Of a stretch of 64,000 bases of DNA, positions 17,987 through 27,446 are shown piece after piece. The notes below the pieces were generated by a model. The model ran no database searches. It saw only the letters and a program-made list of their open reading frames with translations, and had not been told where the DNA came from. Positions within the stretch are counted from its first letter, which is position 1. Each line of letters opens with the position of its first letter. The translations under genes were made by a program, and so were the position numbers. Source of the DNA: Streptosporangiaceae bacterium (GTDB lineage: Bacteria; Actinomycetota; Actinomycetes; Streptosporangiales; Streptosporangiaceae); NCBI GenBank assembly GCA_035511035.1, contig DATKFV010000039.1, positions 3,531 through 67,530 of the forward strand, in the 5' to 3' direction.

Positions 17987-18273
17987 CCGGGTCCGCCTGC
18001 GGTTACAGCGAGGCTGATCGGGGAGAACTCATCGTCTGCGGGGCGGACTCCCAGATCGGGGAGCGTTTTCGCGCTGATCGGGGAGCGTTTTCATCGGCTG
18101 CGGGGAGCGTTTCATTACTGGGGAGAATCAGTATCGCTATATGACAAAAACGCTCCCCGTCACAAGAACGCTCCCCGCTAACGCTGAGAATGCTCCCGCT
18201 AACACTGAGAATGCTCCCCGTTACGGGAACGCTCCCCCCGTCGCGCTGAGAATGCTCCCCGAAACCGGGTCCG
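17987..18273. repeat. about 250-bp imperfect palindrome built from about 20-bp periodic sub-repeats (6x GGGGAGCGTTT, then 6x AACGCTCCCC), flanked by a 9-bp direct repeat
   Basis: GGGGAG (GGGGCG at 18040) at 18020, 18040, 18058, 18080, 18102, 18120. CTCCCC at 18153, 18171, 18193, 18214, 18232, 18255. Centre near 18139. CCGGGTCCG at 17987-17995 and 18265-18273. Confidence 0.7.
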
Positions 18274-18293
18274 TCGGGCCGCCAGGGCCAGTG

Positions 18294-18587
18294 TCACAGC
18301 ATGATGAGGCAGCCGTCCCAGTAGGCCTCGACTTTGGGGTGGCGGCGGCCGTGCAGTCCCAGTTCGAGTACCTCGGGGAAGCGGCCGCCGGGAGCGCGGA
18401 AGCGGACGTCTATGCCGTCAGAGGCGACGGACGTGAAGCCGGACTCGCCGGGAGGCGGGGTGGTGCTCGCCTTCATCGCGGCCGGGGTGCCGTTGCAGCA
18501 GAAGCCGGGGCGATGGGCCCAGACCCACACGGTGCCGCCGCGGGCGGCGACGAAAGTCGCCGCTTCATCGCTGACCTGAACTCGCAT
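18294..18587 (-). CDS. small conserved hypothetical protein with CC motif
   Basis: 97 aa: MRVQVSDEAATFVAARGGTVWVWAHRPGFCCNGTPAAMKAST... The layout recalls small CC-motif proteins. Function unknown. Confidence 0.5.
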   Translation of the reverse strand: MRVQVSDEAATFVAARGGTVWVWAHRPGFCCNGTPAAMKASTTPPPGESGFTSVASDGIDVRFRAPGGRFPEVLELGLHGRRHPKVEAYWDGCLIML

Positions 18588-18615
18588 CGCCGGGCACCGC
18601 TCGTAGGCTGAACCT

Positions 18616-19356
18616 ATGCTAGGACTACCAACAAGCGTACGCGGCTGCCTTTTCGATCTCGACGGCGTGCTGACTCAGACGGCCAAGGTGCACGACGTCG
18701 CCTGGAAGCAGATGTTCGACGACTTCCTGCGCCGGCGAGCCGAGCAGACCGGCCGGCCATTCGTGCCGTTCGACCCGGTCAAGGACTACGACGAGTACGT
18801 CGACGGCAAGCCCCGCGAGGACGGCACGAAGTCGTTCCTGCAATCGCGCGGCATTGACCTGCCCGAGGGCAACCCCGACGACCCGCCCGACGCCCAGACC
18901 GTCTACGGCCTCGGCAACAGGAAGAACGAGCTCGTGCTCAAGGTCATGGCCGACCAGGGCGTGCAAACCTACGAGGGCTCGGTCAGGTACGTCCACGCGG
19001 TCAAGGCGGCCGGGATGCCGCGGGCTGTGGTCTCGTCGAGCACGAACACCGCCCAGGTGCTCAAGGCGGCCGGAATTGAAGACCTCTTCGACGCCAGGAT
19101 CGACGGGATCGTCACCCGCGAGCAGCACCTGCACGGCAAGCCCGCCCCCGACACGTACCTGGCCGGAGCGAAAGCGCTCGGGCTGACCCCCGACCAGGCC
19201 GCCGTCTTCGAAGACGCGATCGCCGGCGTCGCGGCCGGCCGGGCTGGCAACTTCGGGTACGTGGTCGGGGTCGACCGGATCGGCGGCGACCAGGCCGCCG
19301 AACTGCGCGCCCACGGCGCCGACATCGTCGTCAAGGACCTGGGAGACCTGCTGTGA
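18616..19356 (+). CDS. beta-phosphoglucomutase-family HAD hydrolase
   Basis: [16 protein letters not shown] (DxDG), [18 protein letters not shown]. Overlaps the downstream GH65 gene. Confidence 0.85.
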   Translation: MLGLPTSVRGCLFDLDGVLTQTAKVHDVAWKQMFDDFLRRRAEQTGRPFVPFDPVKDYDEYVDGKPREDGTKSFLQSRGIDLPEGNPDDPPDAQTVYGLGNRKNELVLKVMADQGVQTYEGSVRYVHAVKAAGMPRAVVSSSTNTAQVLKAAGIEDLFDARIDGIVTREQHLHGKPAPDTYLAGAKALGLTPDQAAVFEDAIAGVAAGRAGNFGYVVGVDRIGGDQAAELRAHGADIVVKDLGDLL

Positions 19357-21716
19357 TCGCGCACAGCGCGTTCGCGGTCGAGCCGTGGTGCCTCCGCGAG
19401 ACCGAGCTCGACCTGGACATGCTCGCGCAGGCCGAGTCCGTGTTCGCGCTCGCCAACGGGCACCTGGGCTGGCGGGCGAACCTGGACGAGGGCGAGCCGC
19501 ACGGCCTGCCTGGCGCCTACCTGAATGGGTTCTTCGAGCTCAGGCCGCTGCCCTACGCCGAGGTCTCCTACGGCCAGCCCGAGTCCGGCCAGACCGTCAT
19601 CAACGTGACCGACGGCAAGGTGATCAGGCTGTTCGTCGACGACGAGCCGTTCGACGTCAGGTACGGCGAGCTTGCATCGCATGAGCGGGTGCTCGACTTC
19701 AAGGCCGGCGTGCTGCGGCGCACGGTCGAGTGGGTGTCGCCGGCCGGCCGCGCGGTCAGGGTCACGTCGACCCGGATGGTGTCGTTCACCCAGCGCGCGA
19801 TCGCCGCGATCCACTATGAGGTGACGCCGCTGGACGCCCAGGTGCGGGTCGCGGTGCAGTCCGAGTTGCTGGCCAACGAGCCGGTGCCGCTCGCGACCGG
19901 GGATCCGAGGGCGGCGGCCGCGCTCGACCAGCCGCTGGTCAGCGAGTACCACCACGCCGAGGGCACCGCCGCGGTGCTGGCGCACGTGACCAAGAAAAGC
20001 GGGCTGCGGATCGGCGCCGCGATGGACCACGTGATCGAAGGCCCTGACGGGATTCAGACCGACTGCCGGACGGTCCCCGACGTCGCCCTGGTGACCGCGG
20101 CCACGCCGCTCAAGCCAGGACAGACGCTTCGGATCGTCAAGTACGTCGCCCACGGCTGGTCAGGCGAGCGCTCGTTGCCCGCGATCAGGGACCAGGTGTG
20201 GGCGGCGCTGAGCAGCGCCAGGCAGAGCAAGTGGGACGGCTTGCTGGCCGACCAGCGCGCGTACCTGGACGACTTCTGGGCCCGCGCCGACGTCGAGGTC
20301 GACGGCGACACCGAGGTGCAGCAGGCGGTCAGGTTCGCCCTGTTCCACGTGCTGCAGGCGGGCGCGCGCGGCGAGAGCCGCCCGATCCCGGCCAAGGGCC
20401 TGACCGGGCCAGGCTACGACGGGCACGCGTTCTGGGACACCGAGATGTTCGTGCTCCCTGTGCTGATCTCGACCCGGCCGGAAGCCGCGGTCAGCGCGCT
20501 GCGCTGGCGGCACAACACCCTGTCGCTGGCCAGGGAACGGGCCGAGCAGCTCGGGCTGGCCGGCGCGGCGTTCCCCTGGCGGACCATCGCGGGCCAGGAA
20601 TGCTCGGGCTACTGGCCAGCCGGAACGGCCGCGTTCCACGTCAACGCAGACATCGCCGACGCCATCGTCCGCTACGTGGACGCCGCCGAGGACAGGGACT
20701 TCGAGCGCGGGCAGGGCATGGACATGCTCACCGCCACCGCCAGGCTCTGGCGGTCGCTCGGCCACCACGACTCCCAGGGACAGTTCCACATCGACGGGGT
20801 CACTGGGCCCGACGAGTACAGCGCCATCTCCGACGACAACATCTACACGAACCTGATGGCCAAGAAGAACCTGCTCGCCGCCGCCGACGTCGTCGACAAG
20901 TACCCTGACCGGGCCCGCGAGCTCGGCATCGACGTGGAGGAGGCGGCGAGCTGGCGGGACGCCGCCCAGGCCATGCACATCACCTACGACGAGACCATCG
21001 GCGTGCACTCCCAGGCCGACAAGTTCACCAGGTACCAGGCCTGGGACTTCGCGCACACCAAGCCTGAGCAGTATCCCCTGCTGCTCCACTTCACCTACTT
21101 CGACCTGTACCGCAAGCAGGTCGTCAAGCAGGCCGACCTGGCGCTGGCCATGTTCGTCTGCGGCAACGCGTTCACCGCCGAGCAGAAGGCCCGCAACTTC
21201 GACTACTACGAGCCGCTCACCGTCCGCGACTCGTCGCTGTCCGCCTCGACCCAGTCGATCATCGCCGCCGAAGTCGGGCACCTCGACCTCGCCTATGACT
21301 ACCTGGGCGAGGCCGCCCTGATGGACTTGCACGACCTTGAGCACAACACCCGCGATGGCGTGCACATCGCGTCCCTGGCCGGGTCGTGGCTAGCCATCGT
21401 CTGCGGGTTCGGTGGCATGCGGCACGAGGACGGCGACATTACCTTCGCGCCGAGGCTGCCCGAGGGACTGGCGAGGATCGCGTTCACCGTCCACGTCAAG
21501 TCCCGGCTGCTGAAGGTCGAGGTGCGCCGCCAGTCAGCCAAGTACAACCTGGTCGAAGGCGACCCGCTGAAGGTCAGCCACCACGGCACCGAGCTGACCG
21601 TCGAGACCGGCAAGCCGCAGGAAATGCCGATCCCCGCCCTCGCCCCGAGCCCCAGCCCGAAGCAGCCGCCGGGCCGCGAGCCGATGCGCCGCCGGCCCGA
21701 CCGCGGGAAGCGGTGA
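19353..21716 (+). CDS. glycoside hydrolase family 65 phosphorylase (maltose/trehalose/kojibiose phosphorylase-like)
   Basis: 787 aa. [39 protein letters not shown]. Paired with a beta-PGM gene. Confidence 0.85.
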   Translation: MIAHSAFAVEPWCLRETELDLDMLAQAESVFALANGHLGWRANLDEGEPHGLPGAYLNGFFELRPLPYAEVSYGQPESGQTVINVTDGKVIRLFVDDEPFDVRYGELASHERVLDFKAGVLRRTVEWVSPAGRAVRVTSTRMVSFTQRAIAAIHYEVTPLDAQVRVAVQSELLANEPVPLATGDPRAAAALDQPLVSEYHHAEGTAAVLAHVTKKSGLRIGAAMDHVIEGPDGIQTDCRTVPDVALVTAATPLKPGQTLRIVKYVAHGWSGERSLPAIRDQVWAALSSARQSKWDGLLADQRAYLDDFWARADVEVDGDTEVQQAVRFALFHVLQAGARGESRPIPAKGLTGPGYDGHAFWDTEMFVLPVLISTRPEAAVSALRWRHNTLSLARERAEQLGLAGAAFPWRTIAGQECSGYWPAGTAAFHVNADIADAIVRYVDAAEDRDFERGQGMDMLTATARLWRSLGHHDSQGQFHIDGVTGPDEYSAISDDNIYTNLMAKKNLLAAADVVDKYPDRARELGIDVEEAASWRDAAQAMHITYDETIGVHSQADKFTRYQAWDFAHTKPEQYPLLLHFTYFDLYRKQVVKQADLALAMFVCGNAFTAEQKARNFDYYEPLTVRDSSLSASTQSIIAAEVGHLDLAYDYLGEAALMDLHDLEHNTRDGVHIASLAGSWLAIVCGFGGMRHEDGDITFAPRLPEGLARIAFTVHVKSRLLKVEVRRQSAKYNLVEGDPLKVSHHGTELTVETGKPQEMPIPALAPSPSPKQPPGREPMRRRPDRGKR

Positions 21717-21747
21717 GGCCAGCGGAAGCACCGAACTTAGGAGAAAG

Positions 21748-22560
21748 CTAAGGCTGCTGGAAGTCCGGCGTGGTCCAGATCCGCTCCTTCAGGTACTGCT
21801 TGACCTTGGCGATGTACTGCTCGGCCGGCGCCGTGCGCCACCGGCCGGCGAACCAGCGGCCCACGCAGCCCCAGGCGTTGCCGGCGCCGTACTTGCCGTT
21901 GCGGGTGACCGTGTTCAGCCAGGTCTCGTAGCCGTCGTAGCAGGTACGCCAGATCGCGTAGGCCAGGTCCGCGTTCATCGCGGTCGACTTCATGATGCCC
22001 GGCCAGCTCGATTCCTCGTACGGGTACCGGTTCTGCAGGATGCCCCAGCTCTGCGGGCAGAGCCCCGGCTGGCCGTCGACCCCGGGTCCGTGACCTGGCG
22101 GGCAGCCGTTTGGCTCCCAGTCGCCTTCGGTCGTCTGCCGCCACCAGCTCTCGACCGCCGCCTGGGCGAACACGATGTCCTGGTTGATGCCCCACTTGCA
22201 GGCCGCCCAGCGCAGGATCTCGGCCGTGGTGCCGGTGAAGTCACCGTTGACCCGAGGCGCGATCTGCTTGTTCGCCTGCCAGGTGTCGCCGGTGAAGAAG
22301 TCCTTGCCGACGTGCTGGCCGGTGGCGTGGTTGTACTTGCGGTTGACGCCCTTGTTCTCCTTCATTGGCCGCGACCGCACCCACTTGGCGCACTGCGCCC
22401 CCGACGGCAGCTTGGCCCCCGGCTTGAGCGTGTTGAAGAACGCGGGCCCGATGGCACGGGAGCCGGCGGGCTGGGGCGGCGCGGCGAGGGCGACGGTCCC
22501 TCCGCTCAAGGAGAGGGCGACGGCGATTGCGGGTATCCACACCAGGCGCATGGCACGCAT
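21748..22560 (-). CDS. secreted protein, lytic transglycosylase (SLT)-like
   Basis: Signal peptide MRAMRLVWIPAIAVALSLSGGTVALA. AQAAVESWW ... SWGILQ ... LAYAIW resembles the E-S / G-L-Q / A-Y motifs of SLT domains. Assignment tentative. Confidence 0.45.
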   Translation of the reverse strand: MRAMRLVWIPAIAVALSLSGGTVALAAPPQPAGSRAIGPAFFNTLKPGAKLPSGAQCAKWVRSRPMKENKGVNRKYNHATGQHVGKDFFTGDTWQANKQIAPRVNGDFTGTTAEILRWAACKWGINQDIVFAQAAVESWWRQTTEGDWEPNGCPPGHGPGVDGQPGLCPQSWGILQNRYPYEESSWPGIMKSTAMNADLAYAIWRTCYDGYETWLNTVTRNGKYGAGNAWGCVGRWFAGRWRTAPAEQYIAKVKQYLKERIWTTPDFQQP

Positions 22561-22629
22561 GTTTACTACAGCGCGCCGGGCGTGTCAGCCGATTCACCGG
22601 CAATCATTACGAACGGAAGGAGGTCCGCC

Positions 22630-23460
22630 ATGTGCCGCCTATTCGGGCTGAACTCGGGCCGGACCCGCGTCAAGGCCACGTTCTGGCTGCTGGACGCGCC
22701 CGATTCGCTGGAAGCCCAGAGCCACCGCAACATCGACGGCAGCGGCGTCGGCTACTTCGCCGCCGACGGCGCGCCCGTGATCGACAAGGAGCCCGAGCCG
22801 GCCTTCGATGACCCGGCCTTCGTCCACGCCGCCAAGGACTGCGAGTCGGAGACCTTCGTCGCCCACGTCCGCCTCGCCAGCACCGGCGGCCGGTCGCTGG
22901 CGAACACCCACCCGTTCACGATGGAGGGTGCCATCATGGCCCATAACGGCGGCTTCGGCGAGCTCAGTCAGCTGGAGGACCGGCTCGGCGACTACCTGGC
23001 GCTGGTGCACGGCGACACCGACTCCGAGCGCTACTTCGCGCTGATCACCAAGGAGACCGACGCCCGCGGCGGTGACGTCGCCGCCGGGATCACCGCCGCG
23101 GCGACCTGGATCGCCGCCAACCTGCCGGTCGCCGCGCTCAACCTGGTCCTGGCGACGCCGGGCGAGCTATGGGCGCTGCGCTACCCGGACCAGCACGCCC
23201 TGCACGTGCTCGAGCGCCCGGCTGACGGCGGGCTGGCCGTCCGCAGCACGACGTCGTCGTATCACTGCGACGACCTGGACGGCGCGGCCTCGGTGCTGGT
23301 CGCCTCCGAGCGGCTGGATGGTGAGGCCGGCTGGCGGATGCTCGACCCTGGCGAGCTCGTGCACGTACGGGCCGACCTCGGCGTCGAGTCGGTGATCGCA
23401 GTGCCGGAGCCACCGCGGTGCCTGATCCCGATCGGCCCTGGCCCGAACATCGACACCTAG
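22630..23460 (+). CDS. class II (Ntn) glutamine amidotransferase, YafJ-like
   Basis: ATG 22630 preceded by GGAAGGAGG. N-terminus MCRLFGLNSG has Cys2 as nucleophile. The upstream part of ORF 22090..23460 is shadow sequence. Confidence 0.8.
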   Translation: MCRLFGLNSGRTRVKATFWLLDAPDSLEAQSHRNIDGSGVGYFAADGAPVIDKEPEPAFDDPAFVHAAKDCESETFVAHVRLASTGGRSLANTHPFTMEGAIMAHNGGFGELSQLEDRLGDYLALVHGDTDSERYFALITKETDARGGDVAAGITAAATWIAANLPVAALNLVLATPGELWALRYPDQHALHVLERPADGGLAVRSTTSSYHCDDLDGAASVLVASERLDGEAGWRMLDPGELVHVRADLGVESVIAVPEPPRCLIPIGPGPNIDT

Positions 23461-23464
23461 AGCA

Positions 23465-24580
23465 TTAGGCGACCGACGACCAGTCGGCGAAGCCCGAAGG
23501 ATCGTGCCGGCCCATGCTGGAGTGCTCGAACATCCCCCAGCCCTCCTCGCCGTCGAGCGTGGCGCGGGCCAGGTGGTCGGTGACCCCGAACGGGATCCGC
23601 CCGGCCACCGCCGGGTCGGTGAGGTCATGGGTGCTCGTGGCGCTCCAGCCGCGTCCCATCCAGCGCCCGTGAGCCCAGTCAGGGTCGCCGCCGTAACCGG
23701 CGCCGACGTGCAGCGGGACCGAGGTCAGAACTTCAACTTCGATGCAAAAAGACCGGCCGGTGCGGTCGGTAAGGCCGATCGTCGCTCCCAGCGGCTCCCT
23801 GGTTCCCTGCCGGTAGCTGATCTCGATCCTTGGCCAGCCAAGCTGCTCGACCTGCCCGTCCGGCCAGACCCGCTTGGCGGTGTTCAGCGTGCGGTACCCG
23901 TCCGGGCTTTCAGCGATGATCAGGATCACCATCGACGACTCGAACCGCAGCGGCAGGTACACCCACCAGAACCCGAACGTCGGGTCGTCGGCCGGCCGCC
24001 CGGCGGGCTCGGACTCGCCGACCGGCCTGATCCCCCAGGACCGGTCCCGCGCCCCGACCCAGCGGTCCGGCGTCACCTCGAACTCGCGCCCGCCGACCGT
24101 GAGCCGCCCGGTCCAGGTGCCGACCTGGGAGAACCTGGACGCGTCCAGGATCGGCCGGCTCCCGGCCAGCAGCAGGTGCTGGTCCTCCTGGACGGCGTCG
24201 AACGAGCCGGTCCAGGCGAGGTCGAAGTCCAGGCTGCCGTCCGGGGAGGCGCACCGGACCCGCAGCTTGCGCAGCGGCTCGACCACGTCGATCTGGTACC
24301 CGCCGACCCGCTGGTCCAGGCTGCGTTCAGGCAGCGCGTCAGAATACCTGACGCTGTACTGGCGCTCGCCCGTCCTGGCGACCGCGTAGGCGTCGATCAC
24401 GCCCAGGTTGGGGTAGACGCCGAGGCCGGTGACCAGGAAGACGTCCCCGGTCCGGTCGTGCGCGTTCAGGTAGCAGCGGTCGTAGAAGTTGCGGTCGCTG
24501 GTGACGACCCGGTTCATCGGGAGCGGGAGCTGATGGATCGGGTACTCATCGAGCGCGATTGGCACGGGCGTTAGTCCCAT
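23465..24580 (-). CDS. conserved hypothetical protein
   Basis: 371 aa with non-repetitive composition (LDEYPIHQLPLPMNRVVTSDRNFYDRCYLNAHDRTGDVFLVTGLGVYPNLGVIDAYA). Overlaps the upstream phosphotransferase gene by 10 nt. No family recognised. Confidence 0.6.
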   Translation of the reverse strand: MGLTPVPIALDEYPIHQLPLPMNRVVTSDRNFYDRCYLNAHDRTGDVFLVTGLGVYPNLGVIDAYAVARTGERQYSVRYSDALPERSLDQRVGGYQIDVVEPLRKLRVRCASPDGSLDFDLAWTGSFDAVQEDQHLLLAGSRPILDASRFSQVGTWTGRLTVGGREFEVTPDRWVGARDRSWGIRPVGESEPAGRPADDPTFGFWWVYLPLRFESSMVILIIAESPDGYRTLNTAKRVWPDGQVEQLGWPRIEISYRQGTREPLGATIGLTDRTGRSFCIEVEVLTSVPLHVGAGYGGDPDWAHGRWMGRGWSATSTHDLTDPAVAGRIPFGVTDHLARATLDGEEGWGMFEHSSMGRHDPSGFADWSSVA

Positions 24581-25698
24581 CCGTAGGTACCGGCCAGCAG
24601 CTTGTCCAGGCTGGCCCGGTGCATCACGTAGTCGTCGAGGTCGTCAGGTAGCTGGTCTTCGCCGAAATGCGCCATTCTGCGCTTGATCCTGGCCATCACG
24701 ATCGCGTGCCGCAGCGCCGCGTACACCAGGTAGAAGTCCATGTCCCTCGGCTCGTACCCGGTCAGCTCGGCGTAGCGCCGCTCCACCTGCGACCGGCGCA
24801 GGAACCCGGGAATGCCGGGCAGCTCGAAGAACTCGGCGATGTCCTGGAAGAACCGGTGCAGGAAGATGAACCAGGACAGGTCGATCTCGCGCGGCCCGAT
24901 CGCCGCCATCTCCCAGTCGAGCACGGCGACCGGGGTGAAGCCGTCGTAGATGATGTTGCCGATCCTGGCGTCCCCCCAGGACAGCACGTCAGGGCCAGGC
25001 TCGGCCGGCCAGTGCTCCTCCAGCCAGTCAAAGCTGCGCTCGATGATCGGGACGCGGATGCCGTCGTCGGTCAGCGCCCACCGGTAGTACTCGCGCTGGC
25101 CTTCGACGTGCGCGCGCAGGCTGTCCTCGCCATCGGCCGGGCTGAGCCAGGCGAACGCCTGCGCCGGTTCCTGGATCGAAGCCAGCTCGGCCAGGATCGC
25201 GACGCTCTTGTCCTGCAGTTCGGCCCGCTCCTGCGGGGTCGCGTCGTACAGCCAGCCAGCGAACACGTACGGCGGGTTGTCCAGCGGAATCCGGCCTTGG
25301 ACCTGGTCCATCACGAAGAACGGGGTGCCGAGCGGGTCGCCGTCCGGCTCGTTCCAAGCCAGTGCGGGCAGCGGGGCCCGGCAGCGCTCCCTGACGCCGC
25401 TGATCAGCTTGTACTGGGCGGGCAGGTCGTACCGGGGGAACACCGGAATCGCGCTGGGCTCGGGTGCCAATCGAGCGACATAAGCGCCCGCTGGTTTATT
25501 TGCGGCGAATTTTGCTTCGAACAGTACGGACGTGCTCGACAAGCCTCCGCTCTCCGGCATCCGCACGTTCGTGATCTCCGGCGGGTCCCCGGACTCGAGC
25601 TGGCCTGCCAGCCAATCTCGCAGGGCCGCGGTCAGCGACTCGGCGCTGCGCTCGCTGACGGTCATCTTGATCTTCTGGTCGTGCAGCTCGTCCGGCAC
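24571..25698 (-). CDS. phosphotransferase (APH/choline-kinase-like) family protein
   Basis: DVLSWGDARIGNIIYDGFTPVAVLDWEMAAIGPREIDLSW (Brenner and DxD-like motifs). GTG 25698 preceded by AGGAGG. ORF track start 25731 is an alternative. Confidence 0.8.
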   Translation of the reverse strand: MPDELHDQKIKMTVSERSAESLTAALRDWLAGQLESGDPPEITNVRMPESGGLSSTSVLFEAKFAANKPAGAYVARLAPEPSAIPVFPRYDLPAQYKLISGVRERCRAPLPALAWNEPDGDPLGTPFFVMDQVQGRIPLDNPPYVFAGWLYDATPQERAELQDKSVAILAELASIQEPAQAFAWLSPADGEDSLRAHVEGQREYYRWALTDDGIRVPIIERSFDWLEEHWPAEPGPDVLSWGDARIGNIIYDGFTPVAVLDWEMAAIGPREIDLSWFIFLHRFFQDIAEFFELPGIPGFLRRSQVERRYAELTGYEPRDMDFYLVYAALRHAIVMARIKRRMAHFGEDQLPDDLDDYVMHRASLDKLLAGTYGWD

Positions 25699-25788
25699 TG
25701 GACCTCCTGGGTGCGGCCAGGAATAGAACACGTTCTAGCGGACGCTATCGAGTCGCCCGATTCCGGTCAATGGTCGGCCAAGTCGCCG

Positions 25789-26583
25789 TTACTTGCGGGC
25801 CACGCCGGCCCAGGCGGAGTACATCTTCGTGTCGGCGCATGGGCGCGGGCGCCACCGGGAGTGCGTCACCAGGCCGGGCTCGACGAGCTCGAGGCCGTTG
25901 AAGAACCGCAGCACCTGGTCGTGGGGGCGGAAGGCGACTGGTGCGCTGAGCGACTTGTTCAGCACGGCCGATCCGGCCGCGATCTGCTCGGCGTGGATGT
26001 CAGAGGCCGGGTGGGAGATCGCCAGGTAGCTGCCAGCCGGGATCGCGCCGATCATCTGCGCCACGAGCCCGGCCGGGTCGTCGGCGTCGGGGATGCAGTG
26101 CAGCAAGCTGAGCATCATCAGGCCGACCGGCTCGCTGAAGTCGAGGTGGCCGGCCGCCGCGAGCAGCAGGTTGGCTGGATCGCGCAGGTCGCCGCCGATG
26201 TAGTCGACGTTCCTGGCCGGATTCGCGGCGAGCAGGGCCCGGCCGTGGCTGATCGAGATCGGGTCGTTGTCGACGTAGAGCACCCGGCAGTCCGGGGCGT
26301 TGCGCTGCGCGACCTCGTGGGTGTTGTCGGCGGTCGGGATGCCGGCGCCGATGTCGAAGAACTGGCGGACGCCGGCTTCGCGGGTCAAGAACTCGACGGC
26401 GCGGCCGAGGAACGCGCGGTTGCCGCGGACGCCGGCGATCACGTCGGGGTCGGCGGCGATGAACTTCTCGGCCAGTTCGCGATCGACGGGGAAGTTGTCC
26501 TTGCCGCCGAGCCAGTAGTTGTACACGCGGGCGATATGCGGCACATTCGGGTCAATGTCGGCTAGAAGTCCCTCCGACATCAA
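25789..26583 (-). CDS. SAM-dependent methyltransferase (PF04672/Methyltransf_19-like)
   Basis: IARVYNYWLGGKDNFPVDRELAEKFIAADPDV, FFDIGAGIPT. Confidence 0.85.
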   Translation of the reverse strand: MMSEGLLADIDPNVPHIARVYNYWLGGKDNFPVDRELAEKFIAADPDVIAGVRGNRAFLGRAVEFLTREAGVRQFFDIGAGIPTADNTHEVAQRNAPDCRVLYVDNDPISISHGRALLAANPARNVDYIGGDLRDPANLLLAAAGHLDFSEPVGLMMLSLLHCIPDADDPAGLVAQMIGAIPAGSYLAISHPASDIHAEQIAAGSAVLNKSLSAPVAFRPHDQVLRFFNGLELVEPGLVTHSRWRPRPCADTKMYSAWAGVARK

Positions 26584-26595
26584 GCCTCCATGTGT

Positions 26596-27411
26596 TCACT
26601 CGGTTACCTTCCGTGCTACTCCTACCCACCCTGGCATCGGTGTAGTGTCCGCGCCAGGCCTGGGTCGCCATTGGGTGGTCGACACCAGGCCTGGCTCGAC
26701 CAGGTCGAAGCCGTCGAAGAACCGGGCCACCGCCTCGCGGGGGCGGAACGTGACCGGCGTGGCCAGCGACCGGTTCATCATGGCGCCCCCCTTGGCCATC
26801 TCCTCGGCGTGGATGTCGGAGGCGGGGTGCGAGATCGTCAGGTAGCTGCCGGCGGGCACGGCGGCCATGAGCTTGGCGACGATGCCGGCCGGGTCGTCGG
26901 CGTCAGGGATGCAGTGCAGCACGCCGACCAGGATGACGGCGACAGGCTGGCTGAAGTCGAGCGTCTTCGCGGCCTGGGCAACGATCAGGTCGGTGTCGCG
27001 CAGGTCGGCGTCGATGTAGTCGGTGGCGCCGGCCGGGTCGCTGGTCAGCAGCGCGCGGGCGTGGGCGAGGACGATGGGATCGTTGTCGACATAGACGATG
27101 CGGCTGGCGGGGGCGTGCCGCTGGGCGACCTCGTGGGTGTTGTCCGCCGTCGGGATGCCGGTGCCCAGGTCAAGGAACTGGCGCAGGCCCGCCTGGGTGA
27201 CGAGGAACTCGACCGCCCGGCCAAGGAACGCCCGGTTGCTGCGGACCCCGTCGACCGCCTTCGGGTCGGCCTGGATGAACTTCTCCGCCAGCTCACGGTC
27301 GGCGGCGTAGTTGTCCTTTCCGCCTAGCCAGTAGTTGTAGACCCTGGCGATGTGCGGAATGCCGGTGTCGAAGGTGGGGTGGTCGTCATCCAGCGTGTTG
27401 TTGCCCGACAT
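26596..27411 (-). CDS. SAM-dependent methyltransferase (PF04672-like), tandem paralogue
   Basis: IARVYNYWLGGKDNYAADRELAEKFIQADPKAV, FLDLGTGIPT. Collinear with 25789..26583. Confidence 0.85.
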   Translation of the reverse strand: MSGNNTLDDDHPTFDTGIPHIARVYNYWLGGKDNYAADRELAEKFIQADPKAVDGVRSNRAFLGRAVEFLVTQAGLRQFLDLGTGIPTADNTHEVAQRHAPASRIVYVDNDPIVLAHARALLTSDPAGATDYIDADLRDTDLIVAQAAKTLDFSQPVAVILVGVLHCIPDADDPAGIVAKLMAAVPAGSYLTISHPASDIHAEEMAKGGAMMNRSLATPVTFRPREAVARFFDGFDLVEPGLVSTTQWRPRPGADTTPMPGWVGVARKVTE

Positions 27412-27446
27412 GAAGGCCTTTCTATCACCACTGGGACACTGATCTA

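Noticed and set aside
17987-18273. CRISPR array interpretation of the repeat arrays (also 36080-36154, 39681-39775, 54878-55248)
   Set aside because: Units are only 9-21 bp, and spacers are shorter than the repeats or absent. One array is palindromic overall. No cas genes are in the window.
18141-18611. 156-aa + ORF starting in the repeat element (MTKTLPVTRTLPANAENAPANTENAP...)
   Set aside because: The repetitive peptide is a by-product of the DNA repeats. The 3' part is antisense to the better-supported 18294..18587 gene.
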